A DNA stretch of 64,000 nt, taken from contig JAFLUF010000001.1 in the NCBI GenBank assembly GCA_022508925.1, forward strand, positions 4,510 through 68,509. The letters are read 5' to 3'. The notes beneath the pieces are model-generated. The model did not search any database. It worked only from the letters and a program-made list of their open reading frames with translations, and was not told the origin of the DNA. The position numbers and the translations under genes were made by a program. Below, piece by piece: positions 56,287 through 64,000 of the stretch. This stretch comes from Oscillospiraceae bacterium. GTDB lineage: Bacteria; Bacillota; Clostridia; Oscillospirales; Ruminococcaceae. The first letter of the stretch is position 1. Every line of letters starts with the position of its first letter.

Positions 56287-56485
56287 TTTTCGCACCTCGT
56301 TAATTAAATTTCACAAATTGTCTAATATTTTTTCGGGCAACGCCCATATACATTATACCACGAATTTTGAAAAAATCAAGTACCGAATTTTACGAATACA
56401 ATAACTTTTTATAAAAATCCCTTGCAATTAGCGGGGAAATATTGTATAATTGTTAAAGAAATATCTTGAGTTTGAGGTGGTCTGT

Positions 56486-58039
56486 ATGATTTGTTCAAAA
56501 TGCCGGCATGAAATTCCCGACGGTTCAAAGTTCTGCGAGTATTGCGGCAGCCCCGTCGTATCCGAAGCTCCCTCCGCCGGGCAGGTTGCCGAAGAGCCCG
56601 CGGTTATTGCCGAAGAGCCTGCTTTTATAGCCGAAGAACCCGCGGTCACCGAAAAGGCTCCGGCTGTTGCTCAGAAGGTTTCGGATGATCCCCCTGCAAG
56701 CGCGGATCAAAGTACGGCAGAGCCGGAAAACGTTTCCGAAAGCAGCGTAGACGCGATCTTAGCTGAGACGCTCACTTCTCATTCCGCAACGGCTGTTCTT
56801 GATAAAAACAGTGATATCCCTCAGGATCCCGAAAGCGGCTATTCCGGACCGCAGAGCGCGGAGAGGCTTGAAAGGACCAAGAGCGTAAAAAAGCTCAATC
56901 TTCCCGCTTCGGTCGCGGTCTGCATAGCGTTCGGGCTGCTTATGACGGTGTTTTCGGCGGTTTCGGTGGCAGTATCCTCCGTGAGAAAAACGCTTGTGAG
57001 GGGCGCGGTCTCCGAGCAGATAGAAGAGCTTGATATCGGAGATATCGTTATCGGCGATACAGATCTTGCCAATGAGATAGTTGATAAAAGAAAACTTTCC
57101 GAGGATTCGACGATAAGCGATGTTGTAAAAATAACCCTCGAGGATTACGAAAAATACATACTAAGAGGAATGTTTGAGGAAAACAGTGTCACCGTCGCGG
57201 ATATCCAGAACATTGATAATGTCGATCTTAACGGCCTTGTCGGAAAGATCGACGGCGTAAACAGCATAAACGACCTTGACATTGACGCTGTAGTTGAAAA
57301 TCTGTCAAAGCTTGATAAAAACGAGCTGAACGCTATTGTCAACAAATACTCAAAAGAGGATTTCCCCGAGCTTACCTTTGAGATCGATAAAAGAAAAGTT
57401 GAGGATCTGCTTAATAAAAGCAATTCTCCCGCAAAGGCTTATATCAGCGATGTTGTAAAGGCTTATGAAAACTATATGCTTACGGGCGAGGATACAAAGC
57501 CGTTTGCCGTGTCAAAGCTGAATACTCTCGCTCAGGAAAGCGTAGGCTATATTCTCGAGGGTATGGACAGCTCGTACGTTGACGAGATAAACAAAGAGAT
57601 GGCACAGGTGGTAAGCGAAAACAAGTCTATGCTTAATTTCTGCAACCCGTCCTCTTTTTTCGGAGTTTTCGGAAGCATTCTGCCCATGTCGCTTTCGACC
57701 GCCACGGTCTTTGTTTCTCTGGGGCTTGCGGTCGTTTTCGCGGCAGCCGCGGCGCTTATCACAAAGCGTATTGACGCGGCGGGAATTACTCTCGGGGTCT
57801 CGTTTATCATCGCGGGCGGCGCGGCGTTCGCGGTAAACGCTCTTCCCGCAAATCTCGCGCAGTTTACGGGGCTTGACTATCGTATAGTAAGCAAAACGGC
57901 AGCCAACATCGTAAAGGAAACATTTGCCGGAGACTTTACCGTTATGGGAATACGCTCGCTGGTTGTCGGAGTTGTTATCATCGCGGCGGTGGTAGTAACA
58001 AAGGTCGTTATGCGCGCCGTAAAGAACAAAAAGTCTTAA
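56486..58039 (+). CDS. Zinc-ribbon membrane protein with AEEPA repeats and a large extracytoplasmic domain
   Basis: ICSKC...FCEYCG; 21-bp repeats at 56588-56668; one TM, acidic domain, three C-terminal TMs. Confidence 0.8.
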   Translation: MICSKCRHEIPDGSKFCEYCGSPVVSEAPSAGQVAEEPAVIAEEPAFIAEEPAVTEKAPAVAQKVSDDPPASADQSTAEPENVSESSVDAILAETLTSHSATAVLDKNSDIPQDPESGYSGPQSAERLERTKSVKKLNLPASVAVCIAFGLLMTVFSAVSVAVSSVRKTLVRGAVSEQIEELDIGDIVIGDTDLANEIVDKRKLSEDSTISDVVKITLEDYEKYILRGMFEENSVTVADIQNIDNVDLNGLVGKIDGVNSINDLDIDAVVENLSKLDKNELNAIVNKYSKEDFPELTFEIDKRKVEDLLNKSNSPAKAYISDVVKAYENYMLTGEDTKPFAVSKLNTLAQESVGYILEGMDSSYVDEINKEMAQVVSENKSMLNFCNPSSFFGVFGSILPMSLSTATVFVSLGLAVVFAAAAALITKRIDAAGITLGVSFIIAGGAAFAVNALPANLAQFTGLDYRIVSKTAANIVKETFAGDFTVMGIRSLVVGVVIIAAVVVTKVVMRAVKNKKS

Positions 58040-58056
58040 GATTCCATTAAAAATAT

Positions 58057-58096
58057 CAACGCGCCCGGAGGTTTAAACCGAGCGCGTTGTTTTTTT
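58057..58096. terminator. Terminator between convergent genes
   Basis: CAACGCGC...GCGCGTTG followed by TTTTTTT. Confidence 0.7.
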
Positions 58097-58106
58097 GATA
58101 ATACTG

Positions 58107-58904
58107 TCAACTGTGAGCTGTTTTAGCGCCTTTGTTCCTCGTCAGCAGGAATACTATCGTTCCCACGAAAAATCCTACGCTTATCAGCTGCGAGGTCGAA
58201 AGAGCGCCGATAAATCCTCGGTATTCGTCGCCGCGCCAGAATTCAATGATAAATCTTCCGACGGGGTATACGATAAGATACAGGCATAAAAGCCTTCCGT
58301 ACAGCTTGCGCTTGCCGAGCATTATCCACAGCACAGCCGCCAGCGCGAACTCAAAGCCCGCCTCGATAAGCTGCACGGGAACACGCGGGACGCCGTTCGC
58401 GCTTTCGATAAGCGCGTTATGAAAGGTAATTCCGTGCTCCCATTCCACGCCGTAACAGCACCCGCCGAGAAAACAGCCTATTCTTCCAAATCCGTGAATA
58501 ACAGCGATGACCGGCGCTCCGCAGTCCGTAACGTCCTTCATTGAAAGCTTCTGGACCTTCGCGGATATCCCGCCCGCGATAAGTCCTCCGATGAGTCCTC
58601 CGTAAAAGACCGACCCGCCGAATATTATCCCGAAACGGTCTAAAAAGTCGGAAAAGTCTTTAGCCTCCAAAAGCCTGTTCCAGTACGCGATATTTGTTAT
58701 TCCGTACAGCAGGTGCATTCCCAGGAATGTTCCGAGCGCCGCGAACATAAACAAAAATATCATCGAGATGTCGGCGTTTTTTTCATTGACGCGTTTCTTG
58801 AAAAAGTAGATCGAAACGGGACACGCCGAAAAGATCCCGACAAAAGCGCACAGGGCATAAGAGCTGAGAAAAAATCTTCCGAAAAGTGTAAATCCGGGGA
58901 ACAT
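58107..58904 (-). CDS. Prolipoprotein diacylglyceryl transferase family protein (Lgt paralogue)
   Basis: GGSVFYGGLIGG, GRIGCFLGGCCYG, PVQLIEA, RFIIEFWRGD, STSQLIS. Confidence 0.87.
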   Translation of the reverse strand: MFPGFTLFGRFFLSSYALCAFVGIFSACPVSIYFFKKRVNEKNADISMIFLFMFAALGTFLGMHLLYGITNIAYWNRLLEAKDFSDFLDRFGIIFGGSVFYGGLIGGLIAGGISAKVQKLSMKDVTDCGAPVIAVIHGFGRIGCFLGGCCYGVEWEHGITFHNALIESANGVPRVPVQLIEAGFEFALAAVLWIMLGKRKLYGRLLCLYLIVYPVGRFIIEFWRGDEYRGFIGALSTSQLISVGFFVGTIVFLLTRNKGAKTAHS

Positions 58905-58918
58905 AAATTTTCCTTTCC

Positions 58919-58951
58919 AAAAAAATCACCCCGCCAAAGCGGCGGGGTGAT
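58919..58951 (-). terminator. Intrinsic terminator between the small membrane gene and the lgt paralogue
   Basis: ATCACCCCGCC-GCTTT-GGCGGGGTGAT followed by a T run. Confidence 0.7.
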
Positions 58952-58969
58952 CGGTCTTCAACGCAATGA

Positions 58970-59212
58970 TCAATAGGAAGCCGCTTCCGCGCATACCGCG
59001 CAAGCACCTGCGGCTCCGACGCACGCGATCGAAAGTACCCAGATAGCAACAACGATTATACCGAGTACGAGACCTGCGATAGCAAAGCCCTTACCTTCCT
59101 CGTCGCCGGAATCCTTCATCTTCTTGAGAGCGACAGCCGAAACGATAAGTCCGGGAAGACCGCCCACTACCAATGCGAGCACGAAACCCACGATTGCTAA
59201 AGTCTTATGCAT
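58970..59212 (-). CDS. Small membrane protein, DUF4190-like, with Cys/Ala-rich C-terminus
   Basis: LAIVGFVLAL...GLIVSAVALKKMK...GKGFAIAGLVLG pattern; GGAGG RBS; TTGACA-N17-TAAAAT promoter upstream. Confidence 0.78.
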   Translation of the reverse strand: MHKTLAIVGFVLALVVGGLPGLIVSAVALKKMKDSGDEEGKGFAIAGLVLGIIVVAIWVLSIACVGAAGACAVCAEAASY

Positions 59213-59461
59213 AATAAAATCCTCCAACACAATTTCTTTTCGCGTTATTGTTTTTTAACGCTTACAATAGGAATTTTATCATATTTTCATCAGTTTGTCA
59301 ACATAAAAATCTCCGATACCGTTACAAAATAATGTGTGAAAAATAGGTGAATATTGTATATTTTGTACATTATTGCGGGGGCTGTTGGTATTGACTTTTA
59401 AGAAATAGTGTGCTATAATATATAGTGATTAAGTATAAGGGGCAGTTTAAAGTGTTAAACT

Positions 59462-60574
59462 ATGAGAGTTTTAAATTCTGTTCATTCTGATCCGCGGCAG
59501 GACGGATTCTTTATGCCTGCCGAATATTCGAAGCATTACGGCTGCATTCTTATATTTCCCGAGCGCTCGGACAGCTGGAGCTATGGCGGCTATGCCGCAA
59601 GAAAGGCTTTTTGCGAGGTATGCGAGGCGATAGCCCAAAGCGAAAGGGTTACGGTATGCGCGTCCGAAAAGCAGTATGAAAACGCGAGAGTAATGCTTTC
59701 GGAAAAAATACGGGTCGTTGAAATGAGCAGCAATGACGCCTGGGCGAGAGATTACGCGCCGACGTTTGTCGTAAACAACAGCGGCGGGATACGCGGGATA
59801 AACTGGAGCTTCAACGCCTGGGGCGGACTTGCTGACGGGCTGTATTTCCCGTGGGACTTGGACGATAAAATGGCGAGAAAGCTGTGCGACCTGTACAACA
59901 TCGATATGTACGATTACAGCGGTTTTGTGCTCGAGGGAGGTTCTGTCCACACCGACGGCGAGGGAACGCTCATTACCACCGAGGCTTGCCTTTTAAGCAA
60001 GGGCAGAAACCCCGATATGACCAAGTCGGAGATAGAGGAAAAGCTGAAGGAAGCGCTCGGCGTCCGAAAGGTCATCTGGCTGAAAAACGGCATTTACGGC
60101 GACGAGACAAACGAGCACGTTGATAACATCTGCGCGTTTGTAAAGCCCGGAGAGGTCGTGCTTGCGTGGACGGACAACGAAAACGACCCGCAGTACGCGC
60201 TTTCAAAAAGCTGTCTTGATATCCTTGAAAACGAGACCGACGCTAAGGGGCGTAGGATAAAGGTCCATAAGCTTATGCTTCCAAAGCCCGTGGTAGTCAC
60301 GAAAGAGGACTGCGAGGGGCTTGACACCTGCGGCTTTAAGCCGACAAGGACAGAGGGCGAGAGACTTGCGGCGTCGTATGTAAATTTTTATATTTCAAAT
60401 GAAACGGTCGTTATGCCGTTCTTTAATGACCCTGCCGATGAACAGGCAAAAAAGGTGCTTTCGGAACTTTTTCCCACGAGAAATGTAGTTCCCGTATACG
60501 CAAAGGAAATTCTCATCGGCGGCGGCAATATTCATTGTATTACACAGCAGATTCCCGATTTTATTTCAGAATAA
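59462..60574 (+). CDS. aguA: Agmatine deiminase
   Basis: MPAE, NDAWARD, FNAWGG, LEGGS, DGEGT, HVDN, ASYVNF, GGGNIHCITQQ. Confidence 0.96.
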   Translation: MRVLNSVHSDPRQDGFFMPAEYSKHYGCILIFPERSDSWSYGGYAARKAFCEVCEAIAQSERVTVCASEKQYENARVMLSEKIRVVEMSSNDAWARDYAPTFVVNNSGGIRGINWSFNAWGGLADGLYFPWDLDDKMARKLCDLYNIDMYDYSGFVLEGGSVHTDGEGTLITTEACLLSKGRNPDMTKSEIEEKLKEALGVRKVIWLKNGIYGDETNEHVDNICAFVKPGEVVLAWTDNENDPQYALSKSCLDILENETDAKGRRIKVHKLMLPKPVVVTKEDCEGLDTCGFKPTRTEGERLAASYVNFYISNETVVMPFFNDPADEQAKKVLSELFPTRNVVPVYAKEILIGGGNIHCITQQIPDFISE

Positions 60575-60589
60575 AAGAGGTTTTAAGAT

Positions 60590-62317
60590 ATGGAGAATTT
60601 ATCAGATCAGATATTGGAATTTACCTATAAGGTACCGGGATATGATTTTATTTCGGCAAACGCGGCGCTGTATTCGTTTCTCGGTCCGAGAATTTATATA
60701 ACCGCGGACAGACTCCTTACGGGAGATTCCATTGAAATTGTTGATAAGGCGCATCAGGATAAGGAATACGGAAAGACGTTCATCGTTACTGTCGGAAATA
60801 CCGCCGGAAACGATATCTCGGTAGCCGCCCAGCTTGTACGTCCCGAGGGCGGAGACCCGTCGCATATAAAAGTACGCATGATAGAGCTTAACCGCCTTTT
60901 CAACGGCTATACCGACCTTATCATGAAGGAAAAGGAATATAACGCGCTTCTGGCGCAGAATAAATGCACATACTATTCGTATGACAAATCTACCGATATG
61001 GTCACAAGCTACCGTTTTGACGTAGGAAAGGACATCCTCGGAGTCGTAAACGCGGACCAGTGGAAGACCGAGCTTATGAATATGCTTTCCGAAAGCAGCG
61101 AAGAGGCGGTCTCAAAGTTTATCTCCGACCTCAGAAACGGCGTAAGAAGCTGTGATTATACGCTTTCTCAGAAAGAGCAGGATAAAAAGCTTGTCATTAC
61201 GGGAAGCGCCGTCTATTTGGACGATATACATATCATGACAGTCGGAAGAATGGGCGACCCGAGCGAGATATCTTCGCACGAGCTTAATAACCGCGACCAG
61301 CTTACGGGTCTGTACATGAAAGAAAACATCACGAATTACGCCAAGAGATGCATAAACGACCTGCGTCACCCTACCGCGATAGCAATTGTCGATATCGACG
61401 ACTTCAAGCTTGTAAACGACAACTTCGGCCATGCGAAAGGCGACGAGGTTTTAAAGCGCTGTGCGGCGATAATCGAAAAACAGGTCGAGGGCTTTGGAAA
61501 AGCGGGAAGGATCGGCGGCGACGAGTTCTTTATCGTATTTGACAACTTCGAGAACAAAGACCGTCTTAAGTTTGTTCTCCGCGGAATAAAGAACATGGTC
61601 TACGCGGCTTATGACGAGGATCTTAACGGCTTCAGCGTAACTACCTCCATCGGTGTTTCGGTGTTCCCCGAGGACTATGACGCAAACTACGACACTATGT
61701 TCAAGATAGCGGACTGTTTGCTCTACAAGGCGAAGAAAAAGGGAAAGAACCGCTATATCGTATATGATTCTTCAAAGCACGGCTCGGTCGAGTCGCTTCT
61801 TGAAAGCGGAATTAAAAACGAAACGCTTGTCGGCGGCAGAGTTATGGAAAAGAGCGAGGTCATCTGCCGTATCGCAAACAAGATAATCAGCGGCGAGGAG
61901 TTTTTGGTCGAGCAGGTTTTAAACGATGTTATCGCGCATTTCGGCATTGACCGTGTTATTATCTATAACAAAACCGACCGAAAGGCGGTCATGCAGTGCG
62001 GAAGGCCGAAGCTGAGCGAACAGCTTGTTGAGGAGACCATTGGCTATCTCTATGACGAGCGGCTTGAGATGTGTTACGACAACGGCGTTTTGCTTGTCAG
62101 CAGGAAAGATTTCTTTGAGATGAAATCCGCCGACGAGGCTTACGAGGCGGTCTGCAGGCTGGGGATAGAATCCTTAAGACAGCACATAGTAAACGCAAAA
62201 AGCGGAAAGACGTTTGTCATAAGCTATGAGATGGTCAAATCGGCGGTGACGTGGAATGAAATGGACACTCAGTATTTCCGCATCTTAGACAGGCTGTTAT
62301 TTGAGCAGTATCTGTAA
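60590..62317 (+). CDS. Diguanylate cyclase (GGDEF) with uncharacterised flanking domains
   Basis: DQLTGL, DIDDFKLVNDNFGHAKGDEVL, RIGGDEF, SIG, ADCLLYKAKKKGKN. Confidence 0.9.
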   Translation: MENLSDQILEFTYKVPGYDFISANAALYSFLGPRIYITADRLLTGDSIEIVDKAHQDKEYGKTFIVTVGNTAGNDISVAAQLVRPEGGDPSHIKVRMIELNRLFNGYTDLIMKEKEYNALLAQNKCTYYSYDKSTDMVTSYRFDVGKDILGVVNADQWKTELMNMLSESSEEAVSKFISDLRNGVRSCDYTLSQKEQDKKLVITGSAVYLDDIHIMTVGRMGDPSEISSHELNNRDQLTGLYMKENITNYAKRCINDLRHPTAIAIVDIDDFKLVNDNFGHAKGDEVLKRCAAIIEKQVEGFGKAGRIGGDEFFIVFDNFENKDRLKFVLRGIKNMVYAAYDEDLNGFSVTTSIGVSVFPEDYDANYDTMFKIADCLLYKAKKKGKNRYIVYDSSKHGSVESLLESGIKNETLVGGRVMEKSEVICRIANKIISGEEFLVEQVLNDVIAHFGIDRVIIYNKTDRKAVMQCGRPKLSEQLVEETIGYLYDERLEMCYDNGVLLVSRKDFFEMKSADEAYEAVCRLGIESLRQHIVNAKSGKTFVISYEMVKSAVTWNEMDTQYFRILDRLLFEQYL

Positions 62318-62331
62318 TTTTGGGAGAATCT

Positions 62332-63201
62332 ATGAGAAAAGTTACTGCGGCGGCGGTTCAGATGAGCGTTCCCGAGACGCGGGAGCAGTCTGTTGAAAAA
62401 GCCGCCGGGCTTACGAAAAAAGCCGCGGAAATGGGAGCAAAGGTCGTTCTTCTTCCCGAGCTTTTTGAAACGGGATATTTCTGCCAGGAACGGCGGTACG
62501 ACAGCTATAAGTTGGCGTTTCCCACGGAAGAAGACCCCGCGGTAAAGCGTTTTACAAAGCTTACAAAAGTGCTTTCGCTGGTCATGCCGATAAGCTTTTT
62601 CGAGCGCGACGGAAACGTTCTGTACAACAGCGTCGCGATGCTCGACTGCGGAAGACTGCTCGGGGTATATCGGAAAACGCACATTCCCGACGACCATTTT
62701 TATCAGGAAAAGTTCTACTTTACTCCCGGAAACACGGGCTTTAAGGTGTGGGACACGAGCGGTGGAAAGATCGGCGTGGGTATCTGCTGGGATCAGTGGT
62801 TTCCCGAGGCGGCGCGGTGTATGGCGCTTATGGGCGCGGAGCTTTTGCTTTACCCCACCGCGATAGGCAGCGAGCCTATTCTTGACTGTGACAGCAGTTC
62901 GCATTGGCGGCGCTGTATGCAGGGTCACGCGGCGGCGAATCTTGTGCCCGTTATTGCCGCTAACCGCGTGGGAGTTGAAAAGGTTTTGCCCGACGAGGAA
63001 AACTCATTCCAGAAAAGCGAGCTTAAGTTCTACGGTCACAGCTTTATGACCGACGAAACGGGCGGGATAAAGGAAAGCGCCGAAGATGAGGAAACTGTTC
63101 TCGTCAGAGAATACGACCTTGACGAGATCGCGGATTTTCGCCTTTCTTGGGGAGTTTTCCGTGACAGACGGCCCGAGATGTATAAAAAGCTTGTTGAATA
63201 A
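62332..63201 (+). CDS. aguB: N-carbamoylputrescine amidase
   Basis: LPELF, YRKTHIPD, YQEKFYFTPG, ICWDQWFPE, YPTAIGSEP, RDRRP. Confidence 0.95.
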   Translation: MRKVTAAAVQMSVPETREQSVEKAAGLTKKAAEMGAKVVLLPELFETGYFCQERRYDSYKLAFPTEEDPAVKRFTKLTKVLSLVMPISFFERDGNVLYNSVAMLDCGRLLGVYRKTHIPDDHFYQEKFYFTPGNTGFKVWDTSGGKIGVGICWDQWFPEAARCMALMGAELLLYPTAIGSEPILDCDSSSHWRRCMQGHAAANLVPVIAANRVGVEKVLPDEENSFQKSELKFYGHSFMTDETGGIKESAEDEETVLVREYDLDEIADFRLSWGVFRDRRPEMYKKLVE

Positions 63202-63209
63202 TTCAGCAC

Positions 63210-63237
63210 AAAATTTCCCCGAGCTTCGGGGATTTTT
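63210..63237 (+). terminator. Intrinsic terminator after aguB
   Basis: TCCCCGAG-C-TTCGGGGA followed by TTTTT. Confidence 0.65.
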
Positions 63238-63272
63238 GCTGTGGGATAGAAAAAACAAAAGGGAGATAAAAA

Positions 63273-64000
63273 ATGCCGATTACAGAATTGCTTGAACAAA
63301 ATGCCGAGAAATACGGCGGAGAGGTTTGTATTGTCGAGGTAAACCCGCAGATAACGGAAAACCGCAGAATGCTGTGGAAGGATTACGACCTTATCCAGCC
63401 CACCTCTTCGCTTCAATACCGCAGGGAGATAACGTGGGGCGTATTCAACGAAAAAGCCAACCGTTTCGCTCAGCTTCTCATCAGCAGGGGAGTAGGAAAG
63501 GGCGACAAGGTGGCTATATTGCTTATGAACTGCCTTGAGTGGCTGCCGATATATTTCGGCGCGCTTAAGATAGGGGCGCTTGCCGTGCCGATGAACTTCC
63601 GCTACAGCTCCGAGGAAATAAAGTACTGTCTTGATTTGGCGGAGGCAGATGTGCTGGTTTTCGGTCCCGAGTTTATCGGGAGAATTGAAACCATTGCCGA
63701 GGAAATAAGCAAAAACCGCGTTTTGTTTTATGTCGGCGGCGACTGCCCGTCGTTTGCGGAGGATTATGACAAATTGGCGTCAAACTGCCCGAGCGTTTCT
63801 CCGCAGGTCAGGATAACCGACGACGATGACGCGGCTATTTATTTCTCTTCGGGAACGACCGGCTTTCCGAAAGCGATCCTGCACAACCACAGGGCGCTTA
63901 TGCATTCCTGTAAGGTAGAGCAGAACCACCATAAGCAGACGCACGAGGATATTTTCCTCTGCATTCCGCCGCTCTATCATACGGGGGCTAAGATGCACTG
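63273..64000 (+). CDS. Class I adenylate-forming enzyme / acyl-CoA ligase (runs off the window)
   Basis: Own translation MPITELLEQNA...KGDKVAILLMNCLEW...GALAVPMNFRY...AIYFSSGTTGFPKAI (AMP-binding signature). Confidence 0.9.
   Translation, partial: MPITELLEQNAEKYGGEVCIVEVNPQITENRRMLWKDYDLIQPTSSLQYRREITWGVFNEKANRFAQLLISRGVGKGDKVAILLMNCLEWLPIYFGALKIGALAVPMNFRYSSEEIKYCLDLAEADVLVFGPEFIGRIETIAEEISKNRVLFYVGGDCPSFAEDYDKLASNCPSVSPQVRITDDDDAAIYFSSGTTGFPKAILHNHRALMHSCKVEQNHHKQTHEDIFLCIPPLYHTGAKMH

Noticed and set aside
56588-56668. Short direct repeats as a CRISPR array
   Set aside because: In-frame coding tandem repeats without spacers; no cas genes. The same holds for the heptamers at 3272-3384.

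Overview
Chromosomal, mostly housekeeping segment of a spore-forming Clostridia-class bacterium. spoIVB, type III glutamine synthetase and the rnj-gdpP-rplI-dnaB-tilS-hpt-ftsH cluster support this; an Oscillospiraceae/Ruminococcus-like origin is my inference. I found no rRNA, tRNA, CRISPR array, integrase or transposase. About 50 CDS can be assigned: thiN (partial), glnA(III), feoAB, an RNA-modification operon (rlmB-pseudo-P-type ATPase-tadA-flippase-rimM-trmD-era), comM-malQ-pulA-pepP, an 8-gene ter-type stress operon, clpC, spoIVB, prfB-ppk1-tag, aguA-GGDEF-aguB and a partial acyl-CoA ligase. Most notable observations: (1) an unannotated ~270-bp cassette at 49965-50231 with two convergent consensus sigma-A promoters, a 27-aa beta-hairpin-like peptide, a shared bidirectional terminator and 5'-3' fold-back repeats, resembling a type I toxin-antitoxin locus; (2) a ter operon that joins a TerY-PP2C-kinase triad to TerD/YceG/TelA genes, with a PMCA-type Ca2+-ATPase where TerC normally sits; (3) a catalytically dead P1B-ATPase homologue coupled to tadA; (4) prfB without its programmed frameshift but preceded by a UGA-terminated leader ORF; (5) a TrmD with an ASCH-like C-terminal extension; (6) a small Cys-tailed membrane protein paired with an Lgt paralogue. 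All assignments come from motif recognition by eye; no searches were run.
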